Part shown: positions 51,901-62,599 of the stretch, piece by piece | Layout: each line of letters starts with the position of its first letter | Numbering within the stretch: the first letter of the stretch is position 1 | Assembly (NCBI GenBank): GCA_051294905.1 | Contig: CM119372.1 | Span: 22,260,001 to 22,324,000, forward strand | Direction: 5' to 3' | From: Botryllus schlosseri | Taxonomy: Eukaryota | DNA length: 64,000 bases | The notes under the pieces: generated by a model | Databases searched by the model: none | What the model was told of the DNA's origin: nothing | Seen by the model: the letters and a program-made list of their open reading frames with translations, nothing else | Program-made: the position numbers and the translations under genes

Positions 51901-54900
51901 ATGACGGGTACATAAATTTCGAGCTGTGGTCAAAAATTGGCGCACAAACCTATTTCGTAATGTAGATTGCAGTTCGTGTCGAGATGCAACCAAGCGTGTC
52001 CTCCTGCACCAGTGCTTACTGGAGGCGACACGAGAGACCCAGCTAGTGCAATCGGCAACGCTATAGCGGAAAAGAAAACATTATGCTGAAATTTTCCATC
52101 GATCACTGTATAGTGTATACCGTTGCACAGTTTACCTTTATATCTTGCGGAATCCCCGTTATATAAGAGACTTCGAATTGGTCCTTGTATTTCGCAATGT
52201 GGGTGTAGTGCGGTGGTAACGGTGACCCATGATCCATGGTTTTGTATAAGGTGAAGCTGTAAATTATTGAAGATGAGCACGGTTTGAGGTTTGCGCACAA
52301 GTCGAATTTGAAAGTTTTTCATATCATCAGAATTCGCTTAGCTAAACAGATTTTGATGATGAAACAATGGTTTGGATCCAGACTTGGACAGCTATGGATA
52401 ATTCTAGTTGTCTAATTATCCTGATTAGAGCAAAATGCCGGTAATCTAATTGTCATCTAATTTGCTAAATGTCTCTATACTCTAATTTTAATTCCAATCC
52501 AATTTCTGGTTTTCCTGTAAATGCTACAGGAGAACTGTACAGTGCAAAACTAAGCTAAGCTTGCTGTACAGACATTTCCCATTATCATGCTCATAAAAAT
52601 GAACTGTGATTTTAGGTGAAACGAACTTGTTTCAATGACAAGCTTGTCGCGACTTCAGTAATTCTAACTCGAATCTAATTTGGAAAAACCCATAATTCTA
52701 ATTTCCTTCTAATTCGGGAAAAACTGTGTAGCTCCAATTCTAATTGTCATCTAATTTAGAAAAGCTGAACGTTTGCTAGTTGCCCCAGTCTGGTTGGATC
52801 TGAATCCCGTAATCGCAATGGTATATGAATTTGAAAATAGATCTTCCTCCATAAACAAACCCAATACCAACTTCTCGAGCTGAAATTCCCTTCATGACAC
52901 CGGCCGCTTTGCCATTGTGAAACTGGGCAGTGACGTCAGTAACGACCCTTATTCTGCGCTTTCGGTAGGACGCTCGAAATTGTATCGAAGTCACGCGGCT
53001 TTCAAATTCCGAAAAAATCATCTGTGGGCAGAACAAATACTGGTGATAAGTTAATTTATAGGCCGTGTATATCGTACAGGCTTATTCCTATTGATAGATA
53101 ATCTCGTCTAGGTTTTACGTTGGATGGTCGTCTCTATAATTCGGCGCCTGTAGGTAACTTAATAAGCAAGCGATCTCTTGTAATTTGTAATCATCGTCGT
53201 ATCGCTATAGGCGCAACGAATATCGTACGACTTGATCACTTGAAATTGGTAGTATTGTCAACACATGTATATGATCCTATAGTGACACATCGCGCTTTGT
53301 ACGTCGTGTTCCGTGGTGTGTGTGCGTGAGGCGAATGATGAGCATGTTGCGACCTCTGTCGCAATATCTTAGTGCAGTCTGGCCGTTAGGTTGCAATTCC
53401 GCGGCAGCCTTACTGCACGCAGCTTCTGACGATCTCTAACTTGTAGGCCTACCTACATGCTGTAGCCTACGAATGCACAGTGCACACTTGCACAGGCAAG
53501 GCATAAGGCAGGGGCGGGCAACTTCTCCAGTCGGTGGGCCGGATTGCTGCATCGATACATTATTCGCCAATCACATATACAAGGAATAAATCGTATTCAA
53601 TGAATGTATTTTAACGACGGCAATGTCACGTCAAAGTTATTTCTCGCCGATAATGAGGAAGACAATGTGGATTTTAGAATATAGCATTGCCATACAGCAG
53701 CGGTCGGGAACCTATGGCTCGCGAGTCAAATATGGCTCTTTTGGGGATAAGATATAGTTCTTTGCCAATTATTTTTGTACTGAATTGGTCAATGTTGCAG
53801 CGACTTGTTAGTAAATTTTCATCACGATCAAAATAATTATTCCGGTGGCAGTATAAACATATCTTTGAGAGGTAAAGGCGACGTCATCCTCAGGTTAAGG
53901 GGCTCGAACTCCTTTCAAAATCCTCAAATTTAAGTTACTTTCGCGCTGGCGACCAATATCACCCGCGAATTCGATGTAGCCTATCCGACTCAAAATCTTG
54001 GATTGCTCGTTACAGTGATTGATCAAAGAGAACAGCAGACATGGCGACACCAATATGACCAGAGGTGGTCAGTAACGAAGTACTTCTACTTTTTCGAAGT
54101 ACTCAAGAAGTTTTCCTCTACTTCTGGTACTTACTCAAGTAGATCTGATTTTCGCTACTTCTACTTCTACTTCGTAATATTTTGTGATCTACTTACTTAC
54201 TTTTCGCTATTTTCAGTTTGTCAAGTAGAAGTAGTTTAATCCGCCAATCAGGAAAATAGCCTGAGGAATTTCGGGGCTGTTCTCACGGAGTATCAACATT
54301 TAATTTTCATAAAAGTTGATTAAAGCCCAGAATTTTCGTCGCGCTTTGCGCGCAGTGGTTACGGAGTGACCAGTATGATATCACGATTATATTTTAGGTA
54401 GCGGGTGGCGTGGCTCCGTTCACACAGCATTGTCGCCCATCGCCAATATGAAATATTTCATCACAGTTTATATGGCTCATCATAACGTTTGAAACTGATG
54501 TTTCGCAATCTAGCATTTATTTATCATATCGTAATCTAGCAGTCCATGGCGTGTCCTAATCTGGAAAAGTGGACGCCTACTTTATTTTTAGTTTCAGAGC
54601 TGTTTCAGCATACCAACCTTCGAAACTTTCTGGAGTAAAGACATGAAATACATGTTCCGCTTTTAGAAATAGTAATTAGATTTCACTTTCGATTCCCAGG
54701 ATCATGTACTTTGAGTTCTAATTAAAATCAGTTCTTTTGTCTGGATAACATACTTGTTGAAGCATAAAAGCAACTGAAGTAATGCCTTTAATTTCCAGAA
54801 ATAAAGCTACACAATATGACATTTTTACGATCCGCCATATTTTTTATCAACGTGTACTAATCGCTCAAAGTGTTTACACCGTATCCTATACAACTTCTCC

Positions 54901-57900
54901 GTATTGCTCTTTGACTAAACTACGGGCCTTATAATATGGGGGAGGGCGCCATACCATGACATTTTCAAAAACGTGCTGTTAGAGTCAACAGAGGATTAGT
55001 ATCGCATTTCCATTTCAACACTATCATTTTCATCCCATGATGCGGACGAATGCTTATGCTGTCGAAAATTGGATACCTCCTGGTATGCATCAATCTGAAT
55101 CAAGCACCTTTCGCATAGCTCAATTTGCACCTTTTGGCAGTCCATGTGAACGAATTGCGATCGTTTTCACAACTACTTACTTACTTGAGTAGATCTAAAG
55201 TCAATCAATTCTACTTCTACTTCAAGTAGTTTTAGGTTGCTTATGGAAGAAGTACTTCTACTCGTACTTGAGTAGATTTTTTCCTCGCTACTTCTACTTC
55301 TACTTGAGTAGCTTTCTTGACAACTTTGACCACCTCTGAATATGACAACACAGTTTTAAAATAAACTTTGTCTTCCTGATCTGCGGCGTGAAATGAACTG
55401 CCGTGGACGTGACATTCACAACTACAAACTCGATTTACAAACAACGTCATAGCTATCCACGTTCTTGGTTGGCAATGAAATAGGCGTGTAGCGCAACGTT
55501 GTATGTTACGGCTGAATACTTTGAGAATTGAGAAGTCGATCAGTGTTTAAATATTAGGAATCAGTGCTACAGTTACATTGGATTAATATCAGTTATAATA
55601 GATTCTAAGCTGTTTACGATGAATTGCGTGCGTTATCAATGGTGAGGCTTGGCCCGTCTGTGCCTTTACCTCTCGTTTCGCGCTTTATTTTCGATCAATA
55701 AAATGCAAATTGTGGGAATTTGGGAGAAAAATGTTCCAAATTTAGTCATTCATGAACATCAATAGAAAATACCAATACTAATTGAAGTTTCAAAATCTTC
55801 GTTAACAGCTTAGATTGGGTAGGCCTATTTTTAGATTGCTGTAGTGACCATACTTTGACTCCACCAACGCATACGCATGTGATCATAGGTTCTCGCATTT
55901 AAAAGGAGCATCACGGCGAACCTACGTTCTCGTAACTCAAGTTTCGCATGCTCAAGTAAAGCAACCAGCATGATAAGTAGACGAGTTCGAATTAATACTA
56001 CCATGACGTCAGAAAATTTCAATTGTGACGTAATATCTGATTGACATGTATGGGTCTTTGGGAGGTAAAATGGAAAAAAATAAGGCCAATATGGCTCTTC
56101 GGACAAAAAGGTTCCCGACCACTGCCATACAGGCCCCGCCATGTCTGCTCTCTGATCAGTCAACTCGCGGTGCAATCCCTAATTAAGATTTCAAGGCGTT
56201 CGATAAGCCCGTTGCCCTAAATTTACCATGATATCAATTCATTAGGGTTGAGTAGGTGACGATAGATAGCGTCGTTGTTCAAATGTGTGGCCTAATTTAT
56301 TTCGATATTGAATTCATGCGACCCGCGTCCTCTACGAATTTTGAAAAGTGGCCCGCGACCCGTTCTAAGTTGGCGACCCCTGGCAGAAGCGGTGTCTTGC
56401 AAAACCGTGGAAGTGTGCCGTGCTACAAGTCGGCGGCTACGGAATCAAAAATAAGAAATATCAGCCTGGTGTAAATGACCATTGTAGTCTGCATACAGCA
56501 TGATTACCACAAACGACATTAAGGTCGAGTACATCATAAATGCCGATACTGCAAGTCTTCTCGCTTCGACGAACTTACTCGTAAGCTCTACTCTCGCACG
56601 CTGCGCACATGCGTATATAATAACATACAGTCACTAAAATTTGACCTAGTTAGCAAGTAGTGGGAATATCGGCAGACAGGGGCCACGGGCCACATTATCA
56701 TGTAAAACGGAAAACTGTCCGCGGACCGGACGAAATCCCTTCGCGGGCCGGATCCGGCCCGCGGGCCATCTGTTGCCCGCCCCTGGTATAAGGGAATAAA
56801 AGTGTTGCCGAGATGAAATTCTTTGGGGGGCGATTGAAGCTTTGAAAGGAAACACAATTACTCATGCACAAATAAATCTACTGATAAGGACATACATACC
56901 TGATAAGATACCGTGTTATCGCCGTTGATGTGCAACATGACCGAGCCGACTGAACCAGTTGCTTTTGGAGGATTGCAATCATTCCCAGACACGACGGCTT
57001 GGATCACTAAGATAAGGATACAGAGGGAATCGAGTCAACTTGCGTAGGATTTTGCAATCTTATTTCTTACGATTGCACGTTGCCTTCGTTTTGATCTCGC
57101 CAACGTATCGCCCGACTTTGCCGCGCCTACCTACCCGGGCTTCCAGTATCAGGTGGAGGGATCCCTCACCGAGTGCTCTCAAAAGATCGGCATTCGCTTT
57201 CCACGAGTTTGCTATTTCTTCCTTCTGTATTATAATTACACGAAATAATTACATTCGCTAAAGTGTCATTGGCATGAGGCACGGACGCATTTACCTCGCT
57301 ATTAATGCGCACGTTAGTTTGTCGTAACGTGTCGTTTGCGTTGCTGCGTAATTCCAAATTTACATACAGCGGTTGGTTTGTCTTACGTTTGCGGTCGTTC
57401 TTCGGCGCTATGTTTCTAAATTCAGTAAGTAGATTTAAACGACACCTCTGTTACTCGACCGATGACATATTAGCACGATATAAAATATAAATCACGCTAA
57501 GATTTGCAATACTTGGTCAATGCTCACATACAAGTGCTTCCTAACATGTGTCGCGAGCCGAAGGTGGTCACTGGTCAGTCAACGATGGTAATTCTCATAT
57601 TAGTTGCGCCTTATCTCATACCTGAAAACTACCACAAATTCAATCCGTTTGAGATTACTCGAAAGAGTGATGATGGCCGTCGCACCGCCCTTGCTCTCAT
57701 CGTCCGTTTCCGATTCTCTTCTCAAAATCGAACTGAATGTTTCTGAGAGATGATTTCACAGCAATGTAATTCAGTTTTTCTCCGTGGCTACACGTCGGAA
57801 AAAAATTAACTCGCCTGTCGCAAGGGCTCTATGGGTTTGTATTCGTCCAATCGCCGCATCGTGTTCGTAAAACGGGCCGACGGCAGAACTTTCATTGACT

Positions 57901-59645
57901 TGGCCGCTTCTATTCGTTGGCGATTTGTTACTCAGAACTACTTCCATTGACAATTTTTGGTCTTGGAGAGCGTTAATGATATTTTTGGGTAGATTTCGCC
58001 AAACCTGAAAGTATCAATATGCCTACGTGAAAAATACGAATACATATTTCTATGTCTGCCTTGGGTTATCCTATTCGACAATGCAAAACACCGGGCAAAT
58101 TATATATCGATGATACTTGAGTTCAGGGAATTGCATAGTTTCCTATTCTAAGCTATGCTAAAAGTTATTGAATTAGAAGTAAAATCAACGCATTATTGAG
58201 TTCTCCTCTATACGCTCAAATTTGAATGCAATAAACTCTTAAATAAAAAACAATTTAGATCTAAATTCGAAATGAAACTGTTCTTGACAACAAAGCCACT
58301 TTAGTATTGACTATTGAGTATTGTATGAGCACTGAGCAGGGTTACCATACCCATTTCACAGAAAATTACCTTCGTGGCAATTTCCCATTTTAAAGTATTA
58401 CTGACGCATATATTGCCGCAGCCAATGCTTTATGAAAGAAACATGAAAATTAGGCAGTAGGAAATAGCCAGAAAATGGTCGGTTGCTATGGACGAATGGA
58501 ATAACGATATAATAATAATAATATTGACAAATGCATATAACTGATAAAACACTAAGTCTGCCTATCGTGTACCAATCATACTTTTCAAGTTGAATATAAA
58601 TAGAAACATTCCGGGCGGCGTATATGCTTTCAAATCACACTTAAGTGCTAAATACTCTTCTATGTCTCAAGGGACATCTTATTTATGGACTAGGAGATCA
58701 TTTTGAGAATCCCGGACTTCTTCACATAATTACGGACGAAAACTTTAGCATCAAAATTCCGACTTTTCATGCAAAATCCAACGCGTGCGGTTCCCATAAA
58801 TATGAAATTCCCTATCAGACTTATGTCAAGTTTCAAATATTTAATGTGAATTTTTTTAGTCATATCAATGTTAGGGTATACCGGTACCTCCGATAACTCC
58901 GGTAACTGAGCGTTAGGAAAGGTTAAACAGCTTCCGATCATAGAAAAATTAGAGAACTCTCTGCGAACACACTGCGTCGTCGGAGACTACGTGTAGTAGC
59001 GGAAACACTCACCCCGCAAACCAAATTCGAAGAAATTGTATCAGCCACAACATCGTGAGAAAGTATTTCATTAGACTGGTTGTTGAGGAGATGAATTGCT
59101 TGCGGTTTATGATTCCTGAAATAATGATTCCATCGTGATCATTGTGTCATCTTGAAAATTTGAAGGCTTATAACTCGAAATATTGGACTGTAAAATGCAA
59201 GTTTCCACGGTGAAGAGTTATCGTCGATCGCCCCACAAAGTTTTTCTTCTGCGTCGCTGGGTTCAGGAGTATTGCATAATACTCTAAACGAAGAAGGGTT
59301 CACTCGATTTTAGATGGTCAATTGGTCATGTTTACTCAGCGTGATGTACTTTTTGAATCTTTCGCGTCCATCGTATTTCCGTCATCGTTCAGCGTACTTA
59401 CGAATCTCGATTTACGCTCGTGAACTTCCCAGTTGACTGTCTTAGCAGCTTTCGAGAAGAATTATACTTGGTTTTATTTCTGCTAGTCATTCCTGACATA
59501 AGCTTATTCCGTGCTCACCTTCCGGACAGGTTGGACAACATTCGCCTCGTTGTACTTTCGCGTTTTTGCATTCAGGTGCTGGACAGAATTTACGAATATC
59601 TTGACAAATAACTTTGCTGATTCTGTCTTCTTCATTAGCAGCAAC
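36839..59645 (-). CDS. Chrd: Chordin (BMP antagonist), 5'-partial; exons 59645-59519, 59448-59350, 59283-59175, 59115-59013, 58004-57815, 57742-57622, 57415-57295, 57224-57071, 57006-56900, 53021-52872, 52256-52136, 52060-51950, 50204-50083, 47133-47062, 46980-46893, 46829-46666, 41248-41107, 41037-40753, 39240-39059, 36907-36839 (2637 nt in window)
   Basis: Domain order is CR1 (second half), four CHRD domains, then CR2, CR3, CR4. Diagnostic motifs: LVCGVWRNLP, HRALATETFSSIL, LPIALAGSLVSPPVSTGAGGHAWLHLDTNCNLHYEI, KLLKGFYGTEARG, NPNGEIRGRVHIENTC. Every exon phase is compatible. Confidence 0.95.
38040..38425. repeat. Interspersed repeat with an inverted copy at ~59955-60270
   Basis: Shared blocks such as ataatgatgccataattgtgt...cttcgaaaaaaaacatgtagt and cggacgatttg read as reverse complements. 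Confidence 0.75.
38540..38895 (+). mobile_element. tRNA-derived SINE, apparently intact copy
   Basis: Pol III A box TAGCGTAGTGG, B box GGTTCGATTCC, (TTGTA)n tail; second copy at 31078-32500. Confidence 0.8.
39059..39240 (-). CDS. Chrd: Chordin exon: first half of CR4
   Basis: CTFGRELYAVGSSWKPNAQGIGQMQCITCSCE|gtaaat; acceptor ttcttatag. Confidence 0.92.
39770..40737. mobile_element. hAT-type element with GTGAAC subterminal repeats
   Basis: TIR TAGGGATGGTGTGAAC, perfect TSD atctctac. Confidence 0.92.
40753..41248 (-). CDS. Chrd: Chordin exons: second half of CR2 and complete CR3
   Basis: VACEPVSCPPTACPHPVIIAPQCCPLC; CYQDGDSMFHPVGTSWNPHVAPFGRIACVSCTC...DCCKVC. Confidence 0.95.
41554..42222. 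mobile_element. Tc1/mariner-type foldback MITE (near-perfect 669-bp palindrome)
   Basis: CAG...CTG ends, TA on both sides, ~320-bp arms around a ~30-nt loop (41873-41903). Confidence 0.92.
42964..46451 (-). mobile_element. Old CAGAGGT-family element hosting nested elements 43693-46047 and 43926-44909
   Basis: Degenerate TIR and TSD (gatactgg/gatatagg). The inner TIR CAGGGTTGCCAT has perfect TSD cctatagg; the innermost TIR CAGTGTTGGGAT has (GACTT)n arrays. Confidence 0.8.
45240..45740 (+). pseudogene. hAT transposase N-terminal remnant inside element 43693-46047
   Basis: VKHQQSFLTNDYTSQLFKAIFSDSNIANKFSSARTKTTSIVTGVVAP, then frameshifted FSILVDASS (first catalytic Asp region); upstream C..C..H zinc-finger remnant. 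Confidence 0.78.
46503..46570. repeat. 34-bp tandem duplication (1 mismatch)
   Basis: ttaggcg(g/a)atggaaggatagaataactggttaag x2. Confidence 0.9.
46666..47133 (-). CDS. Chrd: Chordin exons: CHRD4 end and first half of CR2 (3 exons)
   Basis: ARGILREIPNELYQLMNDGLAFVQ|IATKRNPNGEIRGRVHIENTC; CHFEGDWHDHDSQWLPKFDRSCTTCSC. Confidence 0.93.
47995..49862. mobile_element. hAT-type element with GGGGGCG motifs, carrying 330-bp-unit repeats and a MITE
   Basis: TIR CAGTGGTTCTTAACCTT, perfect TSD ctttacaa. Confidence 0.9.
50083..53021 (-). CDS. Chrd: Chordin exons: CHRD3-CHRD4 (53021-52872, 52256-52136, 52060-51950, 50204-50083)
   Basis: ORFs 52776..53036 and 51930..52322 contain these exons; VVSGLSKDSDSSVAAHLHGLAEISG...LLKGFYGTE. 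Confidence 0.93.
50552..51878. mobile_element. hAT (Buster/Charlie-like) non-autonomous element with GGCACG subterminal motifs
   Basis: TIR CAGGGG(T/C)CGGC(G/A)AACT, perfect TSD ctctagtt. Confidence 0.9.
53509..56382. mobile_element. Three-level hAT nest: 53509-56382 > 53698-56124 > 54060-55338
   Basis: TSDs gcataagg/gcagaagc (6/8), ccatacag (8/8) and aatatgac (8/8), each flanking matching TIRs. Confidence 0.88.
56900..58004 (-). CDS. Chrd: Chordin exons: CHRD1 end, CHRD2, CHRD3 start (5 exons, including a GC-AG intron at 57814-57743)
   Basis: VWRNLPK...HRALAT|ETFSSIL; GEIKTKATCN|LIQAVVSGNDCNPPKATGSVGS. Confidence 0.9.
59013..59645 (-). CDS. Chrd: Chordin exons: C-terminal half of CR1, linker, start of CHRD1 (4 exons)
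   Basis: VICQDIRKFCPAPECKNAKVQRGECCPTCPE; YYAILLNP...LHRGNLHFTVQY; NLVCG|gtgagt. The donor of exon 59448 is ambiguous (59350 or 59402). Confidence 0.85.
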
Positions 59646-60928
59646 CTGGCAAAACCAGAAGCGTGTATTTAAGGCCATAATCCCCGTTTCGAAATGTGAT
59701 TACGCTACAAATTATAAAACAGTGCATCCCAATTTCTTTGTATGTGGGTACCTTAGGTTGCATTTAAAACAAAAATCAATAAGCGAACATGTTTGAGACA
59801 AGTTCTTTATTTTTTTAAGCTATGACGTCACGGACATCGAATTTTGACGTCACAGTGGATTGTCATTGACAATTGAAAATAAAGGATCAAAATGGTCGTT
59901 CACGAAAAAGACTTCCGACTTCGGACCAAACAATAACTTTGACTACGGGCTGACTGGTTATGCAGTATTTTTACGGACGACGGTGATCATCATTAGAACA
60001 TCCATTCTTTACGAATTATCTCTATGTCTACTTGCTATAACCAGGCTATAACCCTTGCTATAACTGTTGAACCGACGACGATTTTGAGGGTTCTAACCAT
60101 TCCATATCGTAAACGTCGACAAAATCGGGGCAAATCGTCCGTAGGCTCATACTACATGTTTTTTTCGAAGATGTTACACAATTATGGCATAATTGTACAA
60201 TTTTTTTAAATGGCATTTTATTAAAACAATGTATAAAACATGTTTTAAACAAAGGATTTTAAAACACTGTTTTAGCTTGATAATAGTAGACTTTCGAGAT
60301 CAGTTGGGCACAAATATGGATTGTTGCGAAGGCAAGATTTGGTATGCTGATCTGCATGGTATGGAATCTTCTGAAATTGGGACAAGGCTTGATCACTAAA
60401 AATCCCTGAGACAAAAAATCGCGCAAAGCGCGGGATTTTTTCTGGGATTTAATATATTTGTTAAAAAAATTCTTGCTGCGGTTATGAAATAAACCCTGCT
60501 AGCTTTAGGGACGATAAGGTATAGATACAGTCGAAGCATATACGATATGAAATGGCTGGAACCCGCGAAATCGTCGTCGGTTTAACAATTATAGCACGTA
60601 CACCATAGCCATAGGCGCCGACTTATATTTTTTTACGAGATGGCGAAGTCTTGTGACGTCATAATTGTTACGTATCGATGACGTCATCGTCGCACTACAC
60701 CGCACTTTACTACATGCCGCTGGTGCACTCATTAATATCAAACCATCATCCAGTCGAGTTATTAAATGGAATCTTAAAACGGTACGATCAATCGAAAGTG
60801 TAACTGCGGCCTGCGCTACCTGTTCGTCCGACGGAATGCATCGAAATGTTATTCACGCGCAACGCGCCGTGTGAGTAACGAAATACACTGCTCTACGCAC
60901 TGGCCTGCCAAGTAACACCAGCGTGTTG

Positions 60929-62528
60929 TCGGGTTGTCCATAATTTGGAAAATCTCAAAATTTATGCGTATCCATGTCTTATTTTATAGATTATAGATAA
61001 AAAACGTCAATGAACCTGCAATAAGCTCACAGGAAAGCCGTTAACATTTGTCTAAATGCGTTTGAAAGTAGCTGCCGTAGAGTGGGCGTGTCAGCGACCA
61101 TAGAACGGAAAGCGGACTAGTAATTACGAAATGACGGCGCTTGATTGGCTAATCTGCTATGCTTCAATGATCACGACGGTGGCGGCTTGCTGATCAAGGA
61201 GTCGGCTAACGGCGTTGATTCTGTAAGCGCATTGTAGGTTGGACCGCAGATAATGATTCAAGATAATTCAGAACATGTTGAGTGACGAAATACATGACGA
61301 ACAAAGAACAGCTGCTACACAAAAACTTCAAATACATGACTTGATGGCTTTTTGTGAAGGCAACCGTTGTAGCCTGTATGCCTTGTTTTCATCGAGGGAA
61401 AGCACAAAAACACGAGAAGAAATATTGCAAATGTGCTTATGCAAGTGGCGAACGACCTTCTAGTTTCAGAGGGGATGTTCCATGATTGAATACAAATATA
61501 AAACTTGACATTGACACTACTGTGTCTGATCTTATCTTGTCGTGGTAGCCTATATAATTGAAGTCTTAAAAGCTGTACGGGCTGGATGAATCAGCCATTT
61601 ATGCTTGGCACTTGGCACAATCTTGCAGCATAATGAATCATACCGCGAGTGCTGTCCAAGTCCTCAATGATGCCCCGGAAGAAGGTCTAAAGGCAAGCAT
61701 AGACTATGTATGCTGGTAGGACCAGTAAAAAGACTGTTCGCTTGCATTGTTTAGCATGTCCATAATGAATCTTAGATCATTACCGGCTGCATCACGACTA
61801 ATGCTTGAATCAAACCAGACATGGACATAAAAAAGAATGTATTGAAGCGGTGCGGTAGTTACATTTCTTTAGAGTCCCAATGCATGCTACCTGGTCGGAC
61901 CAAATATCTTCTGAGCATACAGGATTGTGTCCAGAATCCATCTCGCATGGTGTGCTGCACCAGTTTGGCGATAACTAATATACTTTACCTACACTGCATC
62001 CAGAAAAGCAGGACCACTTGGCGTAATCTCAATCATATCAGATAGGTATTTCTGCGATCTATAAGTTCACAAGCATTCGCTGTTTCACCTCTGTCATGCC
62101 TGCAAGAGGGTATATTGTTGTTCTTAACCTATCGTTATCTAGTTTTAACCCTAAAAATTCACTGACCAAGTGTCTCATTTTAGTATTTAATCACCAACGT
62201 ACAATGCGCTTACAGAATCATCATTGCCGTTAGCGTACTTCTTGAACTAGTAGAAGCACATAATCAGCAAGCCGCCGTGGTCGTGATCATTGAAGCATAG
62301 CTGATTAACCAATCAAGAGACGTGATTTCGTGATTACTAGTCTTCTCGCCGTTCTATGGTCGCTAACCCGCCCACTCTATGGCAGCTACTTTCAAACGCA
62401 TTTAGACAAATGTTAACGACTTTCCTGTAAGCTTATTGCAGGTTCATTGACGTTTTTTATCAATAATCTACAGAATGAGACATGGATACGCGCATATTTT
62501 GAGATTTTCCAAATTTTGGACAACCCTA
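60929..62528 (-). mobile_element. Long-TIR DNA transposon with a decayed transposase (hATm-like)
   Basis: ~300-bp inverted arms beginning T(A/C)GGGTTGTCCA. Minus-strand remnants include ISYRQTGAAHHARWILDTILYAQKIF and YVHVWFDSSISRDAAGNDLRFIMDML. Confidence 0.72.
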
Positions 62529-62599
62529 GTGGACACTCGAAAAATCACGTGACCGTCACGCCCTGATACCTTTGACGACTTTGTTATTGTCGATCCGTC

